From Octopus sinensis (taxonomy: Eukaryota), in contig NC_042997.1 of NCBI RefSeq assembly GCF_006345805.1, forward strand, positions 67,456,001 through 67,520,000: a DNA stretch of 64,000 nucleotides. The letters are read 5' to 3'. The notes under the pieces were generated by a model that was not told the origin of the DNA, searched no databases, and saw only the letters and a program-made list of their open reading frames with translations. Within the stretch, counting starts at the first letter, position 1, and every line of letters starts with the position of its first letter. The translations under genes were made by a program, and so were the position numbers. Positions 14,843 through 28,828 of the stretch are shown here, piece by piece.

Positions 14843-15162
14843 CGTTTTTGGTCTTGGTTTGCAAGATTCTTTATGTGAGTTCATGTGTTGAAGCATATTC
14901 TGTTGTGTCTGGGGAGTCATTTTCTTTTTGTGCCTTATAATTTAACACAGTCACCGGTAAAATTTCCACTTATTTCTTATTTTTATTTTCCTAAAATCTT
15001 CGTTGAGTTTTGCAACCTTTCCAAGAATGAAAACTATTGAAAAGGTTGCAATACGCAACGAAAATTTTAGGAAAATAAAAATAAGAAATAAGCGGCAATT
15101 TTACTAGTAAGTGTGATACATTTTAAAGCAGAAAAAGAAAATGACTCTCCCCCAGACACAAC
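14840..15162. mobile_element. Inverted pair of a Penelope-like terminal-repeat family; single copies at about 11545-11740 (-) and 56455-56650 (+)
   Basis: Shared text ggtttgcaagattctttatgtgag...ggtaaaatttccacttatt...ttgcaaccttttcaatag; always next to (TA)n; Penelope assignment is inferred. Confidence 0.55.
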
Positions 15163-15166
15163 GGTG

Positions 15167-15200
<34 letters not shown>

Positions 15201-15326
15201 ATATATATGGTGACCCCCGGTGTATATATATATATAATTAATATACAGGGTGTGATGGGTGAATTGTCGCCATTTCATAGTTTTAATTTCACACATGCAC
15301 ATTGTTTGTGTTTGATTTTGTCAACT

Positions 15327-15357
<31 letters not shown>

Positions 15358-15480
15358 TATAAATACATGTAAGCATGCCTGTGGGTATATAAGTATGAAT
15401 GTTTGCATATATTTTGTAATGTATGTATGGTAGTGTCTGTGTGTGTGAATCCTTATGGGTATAGAGTGAGAATATTTTAC

Positions 15481-15627
15481 CATCGTATCAGATACACCAG
15501 TAGCCTCCTTGATGCGTCTAAAAGCTTCTTCATATGTACTGATCTTTTGTTGTTGCTCTTCTCCAGATAAAACTTGTTTTTCTCCTGATGCAGTTTCATC
15601 TTGTTGTTGGAAGGATGGACGTTGGGC
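15481..15627 (-). CDS. CCDC151: CCDC151/ODAD3 coding exon 7
   Basis: tttag|AQRPSFQQQDETASGEKQVLSGEEQQQKISTYEEAFRRIKEATGVSDTM|gtaaa; contains the conserved IKEATGV motif. Confidence 0.92.
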
Positions 15628-15803
15628 CTAAATGTTAAGAAAAAAAGATAGAGTTATAACAATAGCTAATCTCTAAATCTAAGGTAGCAGCAGAATGTGA
15701 CATAGTGATGGTATATAAGGTAATCATTGCAAATCAGATAATATTTCCTAACCCTCTATAATGATGATGACGACAATGACAATGGTGGTGATGGTGGTAA
15801 TGT

Positions 15804-15838
<35 letters not shown>

Positions 15839-16147
15839 TTATTTTACACAATGCTCAGGTGCATTACATCACATCAGAAAAAGTAACCAAAACTGCATGA
15901 ACAGTACACAGAATATGCATGGGAAGTGAACAGTGAAAAAGTGAATAAATCTTTAAAAAAAATGTACACAAGTTAAACTCTGAGTATGTCATTCAGACTG
16001 AGGAAGAAAAACAAATCATGAAAAATTAATATTTTAAAATTGAATTTCTATACTTTTTTAAAAAATGGTATAATATCAGATTAGGTTATTGTTCACTTCC
16101 ATATCTTAACATACTTTTAGCAAATCACTTATTGATGACACTCATAC

Positions 16148-16368
16148 TTAACCTTTTTGCATTTTAACTGGCTGCATCCAGCCATAATATTCTACCTGCT
16201 TTATGTTCAAACTGGGCAGATTCAGCCTCTCACACTTACCCTACAATGTCATTCTGAAAGTAAACAATCACATCGTTGAAATCTCAAAGCTATGAGATAA
16301 TGCGTGATTAATTCAAAACCTTGCGTATAAATACATTTGACCGAATAATTTGAATGCTAAAGGGTTAA
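16148..16368. mobile_element. piggyBac-type MITE; copies at 24832-25059, 50392-50603 and from 54128
   Basis: TTAA flanks and CCCTTTAGCATT-like TIRs; shared internal sequence. Confidence 0.8.
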
Positions 16369-17217
16369 AGAGCTAACTGCCACAGAGATTTTAATTCAGT
16401 AGCTAAGTCAGTCACTTAATACAGCTTCAATGATTCACAACTGCATCACCATCATCGTCGTCATCATCATCATCATCACCATCATCATCACTGAACATCC
16501 TTTTCCCATGCAGGCATGGAACAGACAGTTTGACAGGATCTGGTAAACTGTAGGGCTGCACTGAGCTCCAGTGTCAGCTTTATCATGGTTTCTATTGATT
16601 GGATGTCCTTCCTGATACCAATTACTTTACAGTGTGTACTGAGTGCTTTTCTTATGCCGCCAGTCTTTACTAAAGTCACTAAGAAACTTGCAAATCAAGA
16701 AAAGAACACGAAAAAAAAAATTAAAAAGTCCCATTAAGGGAGAAGCACAGGTGTTTTGTTATAGAGAAAATACACAGCTACCCCATTTTATATAAGGGTC
16801 GGTGGGAGTACAAGCATAATGATATTAAAAGAAGTTGCCTAGAATGCTATCAGTCAAGTTTAATGTAGTAAAGAATAAAGTAATCAGGTCAATGATTAAT
16901 GTTAATTTAATCTGGTCAGATTAATTTAATATTAGTCATTGAGTCTTTGTCTCCTTATTGCATAAGTATTATTAATTAATAAAAGTTTTTTTTCTCTCTC
17001 AGTACTTTTAGTGATGGTCAAAACTTGACTGTTATTTTCTGTGTAAATGACATCTCTGGGTAATGCCCCTTAATCATAATTGTCCTATTTGTTTAGTTGT
17101 TTTAAATATAACATATAAAGATAGTTTTCATTGATATCCTGATACATCCAATGAGTTAGGGGACATTGAATATGAACAATGTATATAAAACATCATACCA
17201 TTTTTTTTAATGTTAAC

Positions 17218-17279
<62 letters not shown>

Positions 17280-17484
17280 CCTTTCTACTTTAGGCACAAG
17301 GCTTGAAATGTTGGGGGTGGGGACTAGTTGATCACATCAACCCCAGTGTTTCACTGGTACTTAATTTATCGACCTCAAAAGTATAAAAGGCAAAGTCGAC
17401 CTTGGCAGAATTTGAAAGAGAACATAAAAACGGACAAAATAAAAACGGACAATAATAATAATAATAATAATAATTTAAGCAGTT

Positions 17485-17750
17485 GTGGTTGATGTAAAAG
17501 GTAGCAGTAGTACCAATAATTGTTGGAGCCCTGGGAACAGTGAGCAAAAATCTCAAGAAGAACATAGAACAAATAGGGGCTGCAATAAGGGTGGAGCACT
17601 TGCAGAAGACAGCATTGCTTGGAACTGCTTGAATACTCTGGAAGGTGCTCGAAAAATAAGAGGTGTTACCTTAGTTCACTAGTAATGAACAGCTGACACT
17701 GTAGTACATCTCCAGCATTAGAAACTGTGCAAAGGCAATGATAATAATAA
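17485..17750 (+). mobile_element. R4/Dong-like non-LTR retrotransposon 3' end inserted in (TAA)n
   Basis: VVPIIVGALGTV...LQKTALLGTA*ILWKVL matches the C-terminus of restriction-endonuclease-type elements; flanked by AAT repeats. Confidence 0.7.
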
Positions 17751-19625
17751 TCTTTTCTATTATAGGTACAAGGCCTAAAATTTGGGGGATGGGGACTAGT
17801 CACTTATATCGACCCTAATGTTTCACTGGCACTCAATTTATCAATCTCAAAAAGATGAAAGCAAAGTCAACCTCAGCAGAATTTGAACACAGAACATAAA
17901 GGCAAGACAAAATGCCACCAAACATTTTGTCCAGCATGCTAAAGATTCTGCCAGCACACCACCTTAATAATAATAATAATAATAATACAACCCTTATTCA
18001 GGGACCTTTTGAGCGTGATGGGTTACTTGACCAGAAGAAAATCCTAACAGGGCCCTACCTGCGAGGTCATGTGCTGTTTATTTTGATATGAGATTACCAT
18101 GTCACGCACATATGGTTGTGATGTATTAGCCTAGTGTACCCTTATCAGACGGGTAGTCATGATGGGTATACTGGGCTTCATATATTTTACCCCAGTGTCA
18201 CTTTGATGGCATGCACTGCTCTTTCACTCAATAATAATAATAATAATCTTATTGTATACAGTGCCAGGTACCCTACAGCTCATTCAGAATGAGTAAAAGA
18301 GGGGATAAGTTAAGTAAAGGAAGACAACAATGAAAACCAAAAGTACATGCATTTGTACACAAATAAAAGACAAAGGTGAACAGTAAGAGAGCCACAAAAA
18401 GAAAATGGTACCTAGGCATGTAGTGTTGGGGAATTTCAGAAAGATTGGGATTTTTTAAGGATGAAGTGTCTCGATGGCTAACAATGGACATGGGTAGTTT
18501 CTTCCATGTTTTTACAATTCTGAACATGGAAAAATGCTTCTCAAAGTCTTGAGTGCTGTTGGTGTTTTTTTTTTCTTCATATATATTTTATAAGTATATC
18601 CATGGATAGTAGAGATATGGCTCCATCTAAGTGAGTTTCAAACTGACAAACACCAGACTCCCTCAGACGCACACACAAAATATCAGAGCAAAATTTGTTG
18701 GCACTCCACTTTATTAATGAGATTGCACCCATATAATTCTTAGACAAGTTAAAAAAGTTGAAAACCATCTTATTTTATAAACTTCTTAATTTGTTTACCT
18801 CCTTTCCAATCTCCACTAGGAGAGAGAGACTTGCCTCCATCCCACTGCTCTAACTGTAACAAGTGACAGGCGATGTTTTTTCATGGTATCTAAGGTGGCG
18901 AGCTGGCAGAAACATTTCATCTCTACGTTCTGAGTTCAAATTCTGCCGTAGCCGACTTTGCCTTTCATCCTTTCGGGGTCGACAAATTAAGTACCCGTTG
19001 TGTACTGAGGTCGATTTAATCGACTGGCCCCACTTCCCCCAAAATTTCGGGCCTTGTGCCTAGAGTAGAAAACATTATTTTGTCTTTACGCTCAGAGTTC
19101 AAATTCCACCGAAGACGACTTTGCCTTTCGTTCTTTCGGGGTCGATAAATTAAGTACCAGTTGCGTACTGAGATCGATCTAATCGACTGGCCCCACCTCC
19201 CCCAAAAAATTTCGGACCTTGTACCTAGAGTAGAACAGGATATAGTTCATAGTATCTAAGGGAGATAACTCTTCAACTTTTTTTTTTACTGAAGCAGCAT
19301 TTACTTAGATTGATTTCAACATGTCCTTTAAAAAATTAGTGAAAATAAATGAAAATTATTGCATTCAGTTTTTTTTCTGTATAATTTAAACATTTCCCAA
19401 GAGTTATGAAAAGGAAGAACAGATTAATATCCAAACTCTTAAAAAGTTATTTCAAATTTCAGTAACTGTAAAGAAAATTACTTGAAAGAATATATTTGAA
19501 ACAACCATTGTTTTTGAGAGAACAAGTTCACTAGAAATAAAAGGTATTAAGCATTTTCTGTCATTTTTGTTACCATAGCAACAATTTAACTTCAACTCTA
19601 TAAAACTAAATTTTAATCAACTTAC

Positions 19626-19877
19626 ATTAAATCGCCGCTCTATTCTATCATGAAGCATCCTCTTTTCTTCAGCTTCTTTCTTAAGTTCTTGCAGCTGTAT
19701 TTCTCGTTTCTTCCTTTCATGAGAAATCATATCCTCATGTTTCTTCAGAACTTTCAAGGCATTTTCTTTAGAAAGTTGAGCATCTCTATACATAGATTGT
19801 AGTTCCTCTTGCTCATTCAAACTTTGTTTGATTTCCTTCTCAAGGTTTTCTAAAACTAAAGGCCATTTTAGAGAGTC
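19626..19877 (-). CDS. CCDC151: CCDC151/ODAD3 coding exon 6
   Basis: ttcttatttatag|DSLKWPLVLENLEKEIKQSLNEQEELQSMYRDAQLSKENALKVLKKHEDMISHERKKREIQLQELKKEAEEKRMLHDRIERRFN|gtaag. Confidence 0.9.
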
Positions 19878-20230
19878 CTATAAATAAGAATATAGTTCAA
19901 AAAGATTACATACATACATAAGTACGTACATACATTCATACATACATACATACATACATACATACATACATCTATTAGTGGTACAGTGGAGATTTGTAAG
20001 ACATTCCAAAAATTCTCCATCTGAGATTCTTATGTGAATAAATGCATACACTTGAGTGTATACATCGACAGTTCAACCAACGCACCCACTCAACCACATA
20101 TTTACAAACACAGGGAACTCTCTTAACTCAAAATGTCTTGTGAACAAGTAACACTCAACATATAGTTGGAGAGTTATAAGTATTTAATAACCAGAAAAAT
20201 TACATATAAAATTTAGAGTAATATACTTAT

Positions 20231-20335
20231 TTCTTTTAGTTTTTGAAGAATTTTTTCATATGTTCTTGTAAGATGTGTGGCCTCATATATTTTCATCTGT
20301 GCTTTATCACAGCTATTTTCCAAGTATCTTATTCT
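20231..20335 (-). CDS. CCDC151: CCDC151/ODAD3 coding exon 5 (3' boundary non-canonical)
   Basis: acag|RIRYLENSCDKAQMKIYEATHLTRTYEKILQKLKE; the in-frame donor reads ataagt rather than gtaagt (see findings). Confidence 0.8.
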
Positions 20336-22757
20336 CTGTTTTATAGAAAATAGATATATTAAAAATAGAAATCTTTTACTCTAAAACATACATATGAAAT
20401 AACTTTTTCAAACCAAATATGTTTATCCCAAAATACACTACCTTCTATGAATTCATCAATTATCTCAGACACTGTGATGCTTTTGATCAATCAGAACATC
20501 CAACCATTAGTCTGATAACAGTAGTTAAACAACAATAACTGTTGCTGCTGCTGCTCCTGATACTACAACTAAGCTATTATGTGGTTGTTTAGTCTTTTGG
20601 AAATGGCAACCAAATATTCCTAAGATTACACTCTACCATCTTAAAAAAAGAAGGAAGGGTACATTGATATAATGTAGTCCTGTGTATACTATGCCTGAAA
20701 AAGACAAGATGGTTATAGTTGGAGTGCTTCCAATCATAGGTCTGAACAATCAGAAGAGGCAACCTGGAGTTAAACATCAATAACAACAGTAACAGCAACA
20801 GCAACAACAATAAAGCATCCCATATATCTGTAACACTCAAACTTTTTTTTTTAATTTCATAGCAGAAAATTATCTTCATCAACATCATTATTCAAAGAGT
20901 ATTTTCTATCTTGGCATGGGTTGGACACTCAGGATAAAATTAAGAATTTTTGGTACACTTTGCATAGAAAGTTAAAAAACAAAGAGCTAAAAAAAATTTT
21001 CAAATTTTGAAAAAGAAATATAGAAAAATATTGATTATCTTATTTCGTTAAAGTGCATCAGATGTAGTGTGCAAGAGAGAAGACTGCACTGGCATGGCCA
21101 TGTGATGCATATAGACAAGGACAGTTGTATAAAGAAGTGTCAATCATTAACTGTGAAGGGAACCTATGGAAGAGGTAGATCCAGAAAGATGTGGGATGAG
21201 GTGGTGAAATATGATCTTCAGATGTTGAGTTTCATGTAGGTGATGACAGAGACCAAAACTTTTGGTGATTTGCTATGCTTGAGAAGATATGTCAAGCTAA
21301 GTGAAATCATGGTCATGGCCAGTGCTGGTGATGCATAAAAGGCACCTGTGCTGGTGACATGTAAAAGGCACCCAGTACACCCTGCGGAGTGGTTAGCATT
21401 AGGAAGGGCATCCAGCTGCACAAACCAAGCCAAAATAGACTGGAGTAGCCCTATGGCTTACAAGTTCCAATTAAACCATCCAACTCATGTCAGTATGGAA
21501 AAGAGATGCTAAATAAGGATGATGACAATGACAACGACAACGACAATGATGATGACAACAACAACAACAATGATGTGCACCAATGTGTATGACTAAATTA
21601 TGAATTCCATGATTTTCAAAACATTCACCTATTAGTATTGATATTCTAATGCCTTAAACTATACTTTTAAATGTCTATGTCATATCTAGACATTCCACAT
21701 GGAGTATCTAGTGCAATGTAGTGCACCATTTGAGGGGAGACCAAGGGGAAACGAGCTGGCTGAAACATTAGCACACTGGGTGAAATGCTTAACGGTATTT
21801 CGTCTGCCGTTACGTTCTGAGTTCAAATTCCACTGAGGTTGACTTTGCCTTTCATCCTCTCAGGGTTGATAAATTAAGTACCAGTTATGCACTGGGGGTT
21901 GATGTAATCGACTTAATCCCTTTGTCTGTCCTTGTTTGTCCCCTCTATGTTTAACCCCTTGTGGACAATAAAGAAATAAGAAATAAGGGGAAAACAAAAA
22001 TGAGATGTTGGAAAATGGTGACATTTGAAAATCCAGATAGAAAATTTAATGACAGTTGCTTCTGAAAAGATCCTGCAGTGGAGATTTTTAAGGACTATAC
22101 CCTGATAACCATCCCAGGAATAGAAGCTACATTTTACAAGCCTTAATTTTTATAAAACATTAAATGGAACAAACTTGTTTCACGGAATTTATTTAGGAGG
22201 AAAAAATGGTTTTAGTCACATTGTGTAGAACAAGTGTCTTCTACCATAGACAAGGATCAACTAATACCATACGTGTGGGAACAAAGTTTGTTTTGTGGGT
22301 GAAAACCAAGGTCTTCAAATGGTGAAGTGCACTGAACATTCTCTCACTTGATGCAACTGATATCCTCCCAAAATTTCATTGGGTGTGCTTGTACTCCCGA
22401 CACATTCTGTTCCAACGTTTTGTGAGTGAATTTTGTAGACACAAACTGTGACTATGTGGTAAGAAGCTTGCTTCTCAATCACTTGATCCTGGGTCCAGTC
22501 CCACTGCATGGTACCTTGGGCAAGTGTCATCTACTGTAGCCTTGGGCTGACCAAAGCCTTGAGAGTTGATTTCGTAGATGGAAACTGAAAGAAGCCTGTC
22601 ATGTGCATGTATGTGTGTGTGTGTGTTTGTCCCCCAACCTTGCTTCAAAACCGATGTTGGAGTGTTTATGTTTCTGTAACTTAGTGGTTCAGCAAAAGAG
22701 ACCAACAGAATAAGTCCTAGGTGAAAGAAATGAAAATGTGATAATATTTTGTTAAAC

Positions 22758-22937
22758 CTGAGCTTCTGTAGATTCCTTTTTATCTGTTGTTATTGCTAAG
22801 AAAGATGCTTGCTGTTGTTCATTGTATGTTATCTGCATATTTCTCAGTTGCTTTTCTTTCACAGCAACCTGATGTTTTAGAGCATTGAGAAGTCGCATAC
22901 CATCAGAGACTTTATGATCCAAAATAGTTATGGCTTC
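22758..22937 (-). CDS. CCDC151: CCDC151/ODAD3 coding exon 4
   Basis: ttcag|EAITILDHKVSDGMRLLNALKHQVAVKEKQLRNMQITYNEQQQASFLAITTDKKESTEAQ|gt; 180 bp, phase 0. Confidence 0.9.
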
Positions 22938-23836
22938 CTGAATGAAATAAAAAAAAAATTTTAAATATTACACATTTGTTTTTTCAAGCCAAAACAACAT
23001 AAGTTAAAGGGAAATAAATACAAGTTGATAGTTTCTACTTCTATCTTGTATTTCAATATTTTAGGGAATGAACTTTTTCAGGATATCTTCGGAGAAATGG
23101 TGTTGGGGCCAACTTCAATGTTCTGTAGTGTGTGTATATACAGGGTTGCTTTCCATGCACAAAATGGTGTTACTGCTTTTTTTTTATGATGAAGATGATG
23201 ATGAGGAGGGGGAGGAGGAGGATTAGCAATGAATGAAATATTTTTTATTTAATATTTTAGATGTGCTTTTTGTTTTTCTTCTTGTTGTTTTTGTGTATTT
23301 TATTTTACACTATCACTTGCGTATCACATTTTACATCATCATTATCATCATCATCATGTTTATCCTAAACACAACCCTCATTAACATGATTAAAAAATCC
23401 TTTTATTTATATTACTAATGAGGGAATCAGTGCAACAATGGTTGCTGATATTTTTGTGACATTATCATCCTATTTTCCTATTCTTAAAGTGTGTGACACC
23501 CATACTGACATTTTTTGCTAATTACATTACATAAATTTAAAACCTCCTGATACCTTTAACTACTGTCTATAACATCTTGATTCGAAAACAATGCTCTACA
23601 TAGTCATTTGTCCTGATAGAAATAGCAGCCAATTCATCCTCAAATTATATTGTACTAACATACAAAAGGTTACATTGGATAATGTTGCCTTTGGTGTCCT
23701 GTTTCTGGGGAAAAGATAGGATAATTAAGGTTAGACTACTTTTGATCTGCTAGATCAAAGCTGACCTTGACTAAGAAGAAAATAATAACAAATACAACAA
23801 CATGATTAAATAACTTCTTTGAAAATCAATATTTAC

Positions 23837-23914
23837 CTGCCCAGTTTTGTTTTTTAGAGACGCTCGTTCAGTTGGTTTGTCCTTTAAGGCCTTGTTAATC
23901 ACAGCTTCATCTTT
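23837..23914 (-). CDS. CCDC151: CCDC151/ODAD3 coding exon 3
   Basis: ttacag|KDEAVINKALKDKPTERASLKNKTGQ|gtaaat; LKNKTGQ resembles vertebrate LKNRTGQ. Confidence 0.9.
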
Positions 23915-24239
23915 CTGTAAAGAAGAAAATAGTCAAGCATTTGAGAGATAGAATAACTGTAATGGGTTTAGCTACAACAGCTACTATATAAGTAGCTACA
24001 ACAGCTACTATAAGAAGCTAAAGTGAGTTTATTGAGGGATACAATAGTTGTAGTGACATTAGTTAAAGTACTTATCAAGGTATATAATACCTGTAGTGCG
24101 TTTGGTTATAATATTTATTAAAAAGGTGGTGAGCTGACAGATTTGCTAGCACATCAGGCAGGATTTCATTTGCCTTTATGTTCTGAGTTCAAATGCCGCC
24201 AAGGTTGACTTTGCCTTTTAATAATAATAATAATAATAA

Positions 24240-24715
24240 TTGTGTACAGTGCTCAGGTGCACTACAACTCATCTAAAGTGTATATATAATCAGGTGTAGT
24301 TTCGGCGGATTTCGGAAAGCATGAGGGCCTTAAAAGATGCAGTGTCATGGCAGTCAACAACTGACGCAGGCAGTTTATTCCATGCTTCAGCAACTCTGAG
24401 CGTGAAAAAATGTTTCCGAAAGTCATAAGAGCTGTATTGTTTTCTGACTTTGTAGGCATGTCCACGTGTGTTAGACACATGGAGATCAAAAAGGTGTTCA
24501 GTGTTGTTGTTGGTGAGGTGGTTGATAACTTTGTGGGTGTTTACCAAGTCCGTCGCCAGACGCCGGAGCTTCAGTGAATCCATGCCCAGGGAAACAAGGC
24601 GCTCAGAATATGGTAGGTGTCTGATGGAGGGTATGCATTTGATTGCACGTCTCTGGACAGATTCCAGGAGGTCAATGTTCTGTGCAAGATAGGGGTTCCA
24701 AACTGATGATGCAAA
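24240..24715 (-). mobile_element. CR1-clade LINE 3' end; more decayed copy at about 18250-18540
   Basis: LKLRRLATDL, TRGHAYK, RKHFFTLRVAEAWNKLP; ends in (ATT)n tail. Confidence 0.85.
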
Positions 24716-25581
24716 TCCTTTCAGGGTTGATAAAATAAATACTTGTTGCGCAGGATTGATGGCCTTCTGCCAAAATTTGAAGCTGATATTTACTGGGAGA
24801 TAAAACAGCTGTTATAAGTTAAACTATAGCCTTAACCCTTTAACATTTAAATTACTCTATCAAATGTAATGCTTGTTTGTTCACAATGTTTTGAATTTAT
24901 CATGCATAATCTCATAGCTTTGAGATCTTGGTGAGGTAACTATTTATTTTTAGAATGACATTGTAAGGTTGGTGTGAGAGGCCTGATATGGCCAGTTTGG
25001 ACATAAAACAAGTAAAATATTTTGGCCAGATATGGCCGGTTTGAACGCTAAGAGGTTACTTGAGGAGATATAAGAACTGCAGTGAGCTTTGTTACATTTC
25101 TTGAGATATACAATAACTGTAGTATTGGCATTTCTTCTAGATCTTTACATTCTCAGTTCAAATCCTGCTAAGGTCACCTTTGCCTTTCATCCCTTTGAGT
25201 TTGATAAAATAAAGTATCAGTCAAGTACTTGGGTTGATGTAATCAATATGTCTCCACTCCTCAATCCTGAAACAGACTGGCATCCCAATCACAAGAATTG
25301 TCAAGTGGTAGTGGGAGGCAAACACACACACGATACAATAGGCTTCTTTCAGTCTCCCTCTATCAAATCTACTCAAGACTTTGGTCCAGCTGATGCTATG
25401 AGAGAAGACACTTGCCCATGGTGCCATGCAGTGAGACTGTACCCAGAACCATGTTATTGGAAGCAAGCTTAAGGCTTTGTGCTGCACTATCTTAAATATA
25501 AGTGAGTTCCTTGATAACTTGAATGTAAGTTCTTAGAGAATTTTGAATAGGAAAATATCGCTCAGTAATTGAACTACTTAC

Positions 25582-25703
25582 CATGTGTAAATCATGAAGT
25601 TTTTGACGAAGTTCTTTGTTTTCTTTTCTCAATGTCTTTATTTTCTCTTTGTTCCTCTTTATTGTGAGCTGAGATATTTCATTGTAAGCTTTTCTATCAC
25701 CAT
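25582..25703 (-). CDS. CCDC151: CCDC151/ODAD3 coding exon 2
   Basis: (D)GDRKAYNEISQLTIKRNKEKIKTLRKENKELRQKLHDLHM; 122 bp; gtaag donor; weak acceptor (catggtaag). Confidence 0.88.
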
Positions 25704-25781
25704 CTTACCATGCAATGAAATAATAGTCAATATCAGACTCTCTCACACTTTTGAAATGCAAAGAGCAAAAAAACACACACG

Positions 25782-25845
<64 letters not shown>

Positions 25846-26699
25846 CATATTCTTTTTTTCTTTTACTTGTTTCACTCATTTGACTATTGCCATGCTGGAG
25901 CACTGCCCTGAAGAGTTTTAGTCAAACAAATCGACCCCCAGAACTTTTTTTTAAAGTCCAGTATTTATTCTATTGTTTTTTTTTTTTTGCCAAACCACTA
26001 AATTATGGGGACATAAACTCACCAATACTGGTTGTCAAGCCCTAATGGGGAAAAAACACAGACACAACAACACAGACACAACCACACACACACACACACA
26101 CACACACATGTACAACATGCTTCATTCAGTTTCCATTTACCAAATCCGCTCATATAGCCTTGGTTGGCCCAAGGCTATAGAAAAAGTGACTTGCCCAAAG
26201 TGCCATGCTGTGGGACTGAAGCTGGAACCATATGGTTGGGAAGCAAGCTTCTTACCACACAACCACACCTGTGCCTCATCATCATCATGATTTAACATCC
26301 GCTTTCCATGCTGGGTTGGGCGGTTTGACTGAGAACTGGCAGGCCAGAAGACTGTACCAGGCTCCAATCTGATTTGGCAAGGTTTCTACAGCTGAATATC
26401 CTTCCTAATGCCAACCACACTAAATGTGTAGTGGATGCTTTTTATGTGCCATTTGCACTGGCATTGGCTACACTCGAATGGTGCATTTTACATGCCACCA
26501 GCACAGATGCCAGTCAGGTAGCACTGGTATCAGCTGCAACTATGATTTCACTCAGCTCAACAGATCTCCACAAACATGGCATATTGGCCAATGATTGAAG
26601 GGTGCTTTTAAATGGGCTATTTATGCAACACTGGCATCAGCCACAACTATGATCTCACTTGGCTTGCTAGGTCTTCCTAAGCATGACATATCTCCAAAG

Positions 26700-27635
26700 G
26701 TCTCGGCCACTAGTCATTGCCTTGGTGAGGCCCAATGTTTGAAGGTTGTGCTTTACCACTTAATCTCATGTCTTCCTGGGTCTACCTCTTCCACAGGATT
26801 CCTCCACTGTTAGGGTGTGGCACTTCTTCACATAGCTGTCCTCATCCATACACTTCATATGACCATATCAGTGCAGTTGTCTCTCTTGCACACTACATCT
26901 GATGCCTCTTGTGTCCAACTTTTTTCTCAGGGTGTTTATACTCTGTCGTGTAAGCACACTGACATTACACATCGTCCTCAGCAGTCACATCCCATGTTTC
27001 AATGCTGTGTAGCATGGCTATTCACACACAGGCATCATACAGTCTACCTTCCACTCTGAGTAAAAGGTACTTTGTTACCAGCAGAGGAAGGAGCTCTCTG
27101 AACTTTGCCCAGCCCATTGTTATTGTAGCAGCTATGCTCTCAGAGCATCCACCCCCACTACTGACTTGGTCACCTAGGTAACGGAAGCTATCAACTACTT
27201 CTAGATTTTTCCCTTGGAATCTGTTTTCTGTAAATTTTTGGTGTTTATTGTACCTGTGCATTTTCCACACACAAAATCTATCTTCCCAGTTAACCTTCCT
27301 TTGATATTGCTGCACCTTTTATGTGTCCATAGCTTACACCGGGCACATCTTATGGAGTTTCTACCTACCCCTTTTCTACAGATCGAGTATGGCCATCTAC
27401 CTAATGGTAATTTGTCTGGCTTCCTACTTACTAAGACTTTGGTCTTTGCTAGATTAACTTTAAGGCCCTTCGATTCTAAACCTTGCTTCCACATCTGAAA
27501 CTTCTTCTCTAGTTCTGGTAGTGACTCAGCTATTAGAGCAAGGTCATCAGCATACAGGAGCTCCCAGAGGCAGCCTGTCTTGAATTCCTGTTATTGCCTG
27601 GAGGACTATGATGAACAAGAAGATGCTGAGGGTTG
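26700..27635 (-). mobile_element. RTE/RTE-X-type LINE 3' fragment
   Basis: LWELLYADDL RT motif near 27540-27570, GLKVNLAKTKVL, Cys-rich insert CARCKLWTHKRC, VDSFRYLGD; similar tail fragment at about 21050-21520 (+). Confidence 0.85.
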
Positions 27636-27894
27636 ATTATACCCCTATATATATATATGCTTTTCTTATATTGTTGAGAAATATATTACTGGTTATGACA
27701 TATAACTAGTGAAAATGTTTGCACCAGCTATTACTATGAGCAAGTTTGAATAAAACTGTTGGTAACATTCTCACCAGTTATTGCTTGACAATATAAGAAT
27801 ATAACCATTCTAATTCTCTTATTGAATGAGGAATTTTTCTTACTAATTGATAACTTATATACATACATATGTATATGCATACATATGTATATGC

Positions 27895-27935
<41 letters not shown>

Positions 27936-28597
27936 TGAGGGTGGGAGAGGAGGATCAAAGCTAGAGAAGCCCAGCTATTTTGTCAGCTGAGTCTTGTCCA
28001 GTTTTAATCCTCACTTGATATTTCGAATTAAACATCTGCCGCTCAGCTCATACATTTCCAGTTGCCGTTAATCTTTGTACACTCTGCTTGTTTCTCTGAC
28101 AATTGGCAACATACTTTACCATAAATAATCTGTCCTTTACACATGAAAAAAAAATCCTGTTTCTAATAGAAGCATTTCTGCTTGACACTCAACTCTTACC
28201 ATAATATTTTGTACAAGCTGTTTCAATTTATGTTGTTTCAAGTGAATTCATAAAATATTTTAAACTGGCACGAATTTTGTTCAAGCATATGACAGCTGGG
28301 TACATGTTATTGACAAGTGTCATGGAGGATGAAACATGCCTAATGTTCCCTTGAATTATTGTTGTGACAAAGATCATCTCACTTTGATATATCTTTCCTT
28401 TATCTTTTATTTGTTTCAGTCATATGACTGCAGCCACGCTGGTGCACCACCTAGAAAGGTTTCAGTTGAACAAATTGAGCCTGGTACTTATTCTGTTGAT
28501 ATCTTTTGCCAAACTGCTAAGTTACAAGGATGTAAACACGCCAACACTGGTTGTCAAGCTGTAGTGGAGGACAAACACAGACACACACACATAGATA

Positions 28598-28628
<31 letters not shown>

Positions 28629-28781
28629 GATGGGCTTCTTTCAGTTTCCATTCACTAAATCCATTCACAAGGCTTGGTCATCCCGAGGCTATAGTAGAAG
28701 ACACTTACCCAAAGTATCACGAAGTGGGACTGACCCCAGAACCATGTGGTTGGGAAGCAAGCATCTTACCACACAGTCACA

Positions 28782-28828
<47 letters not shown>

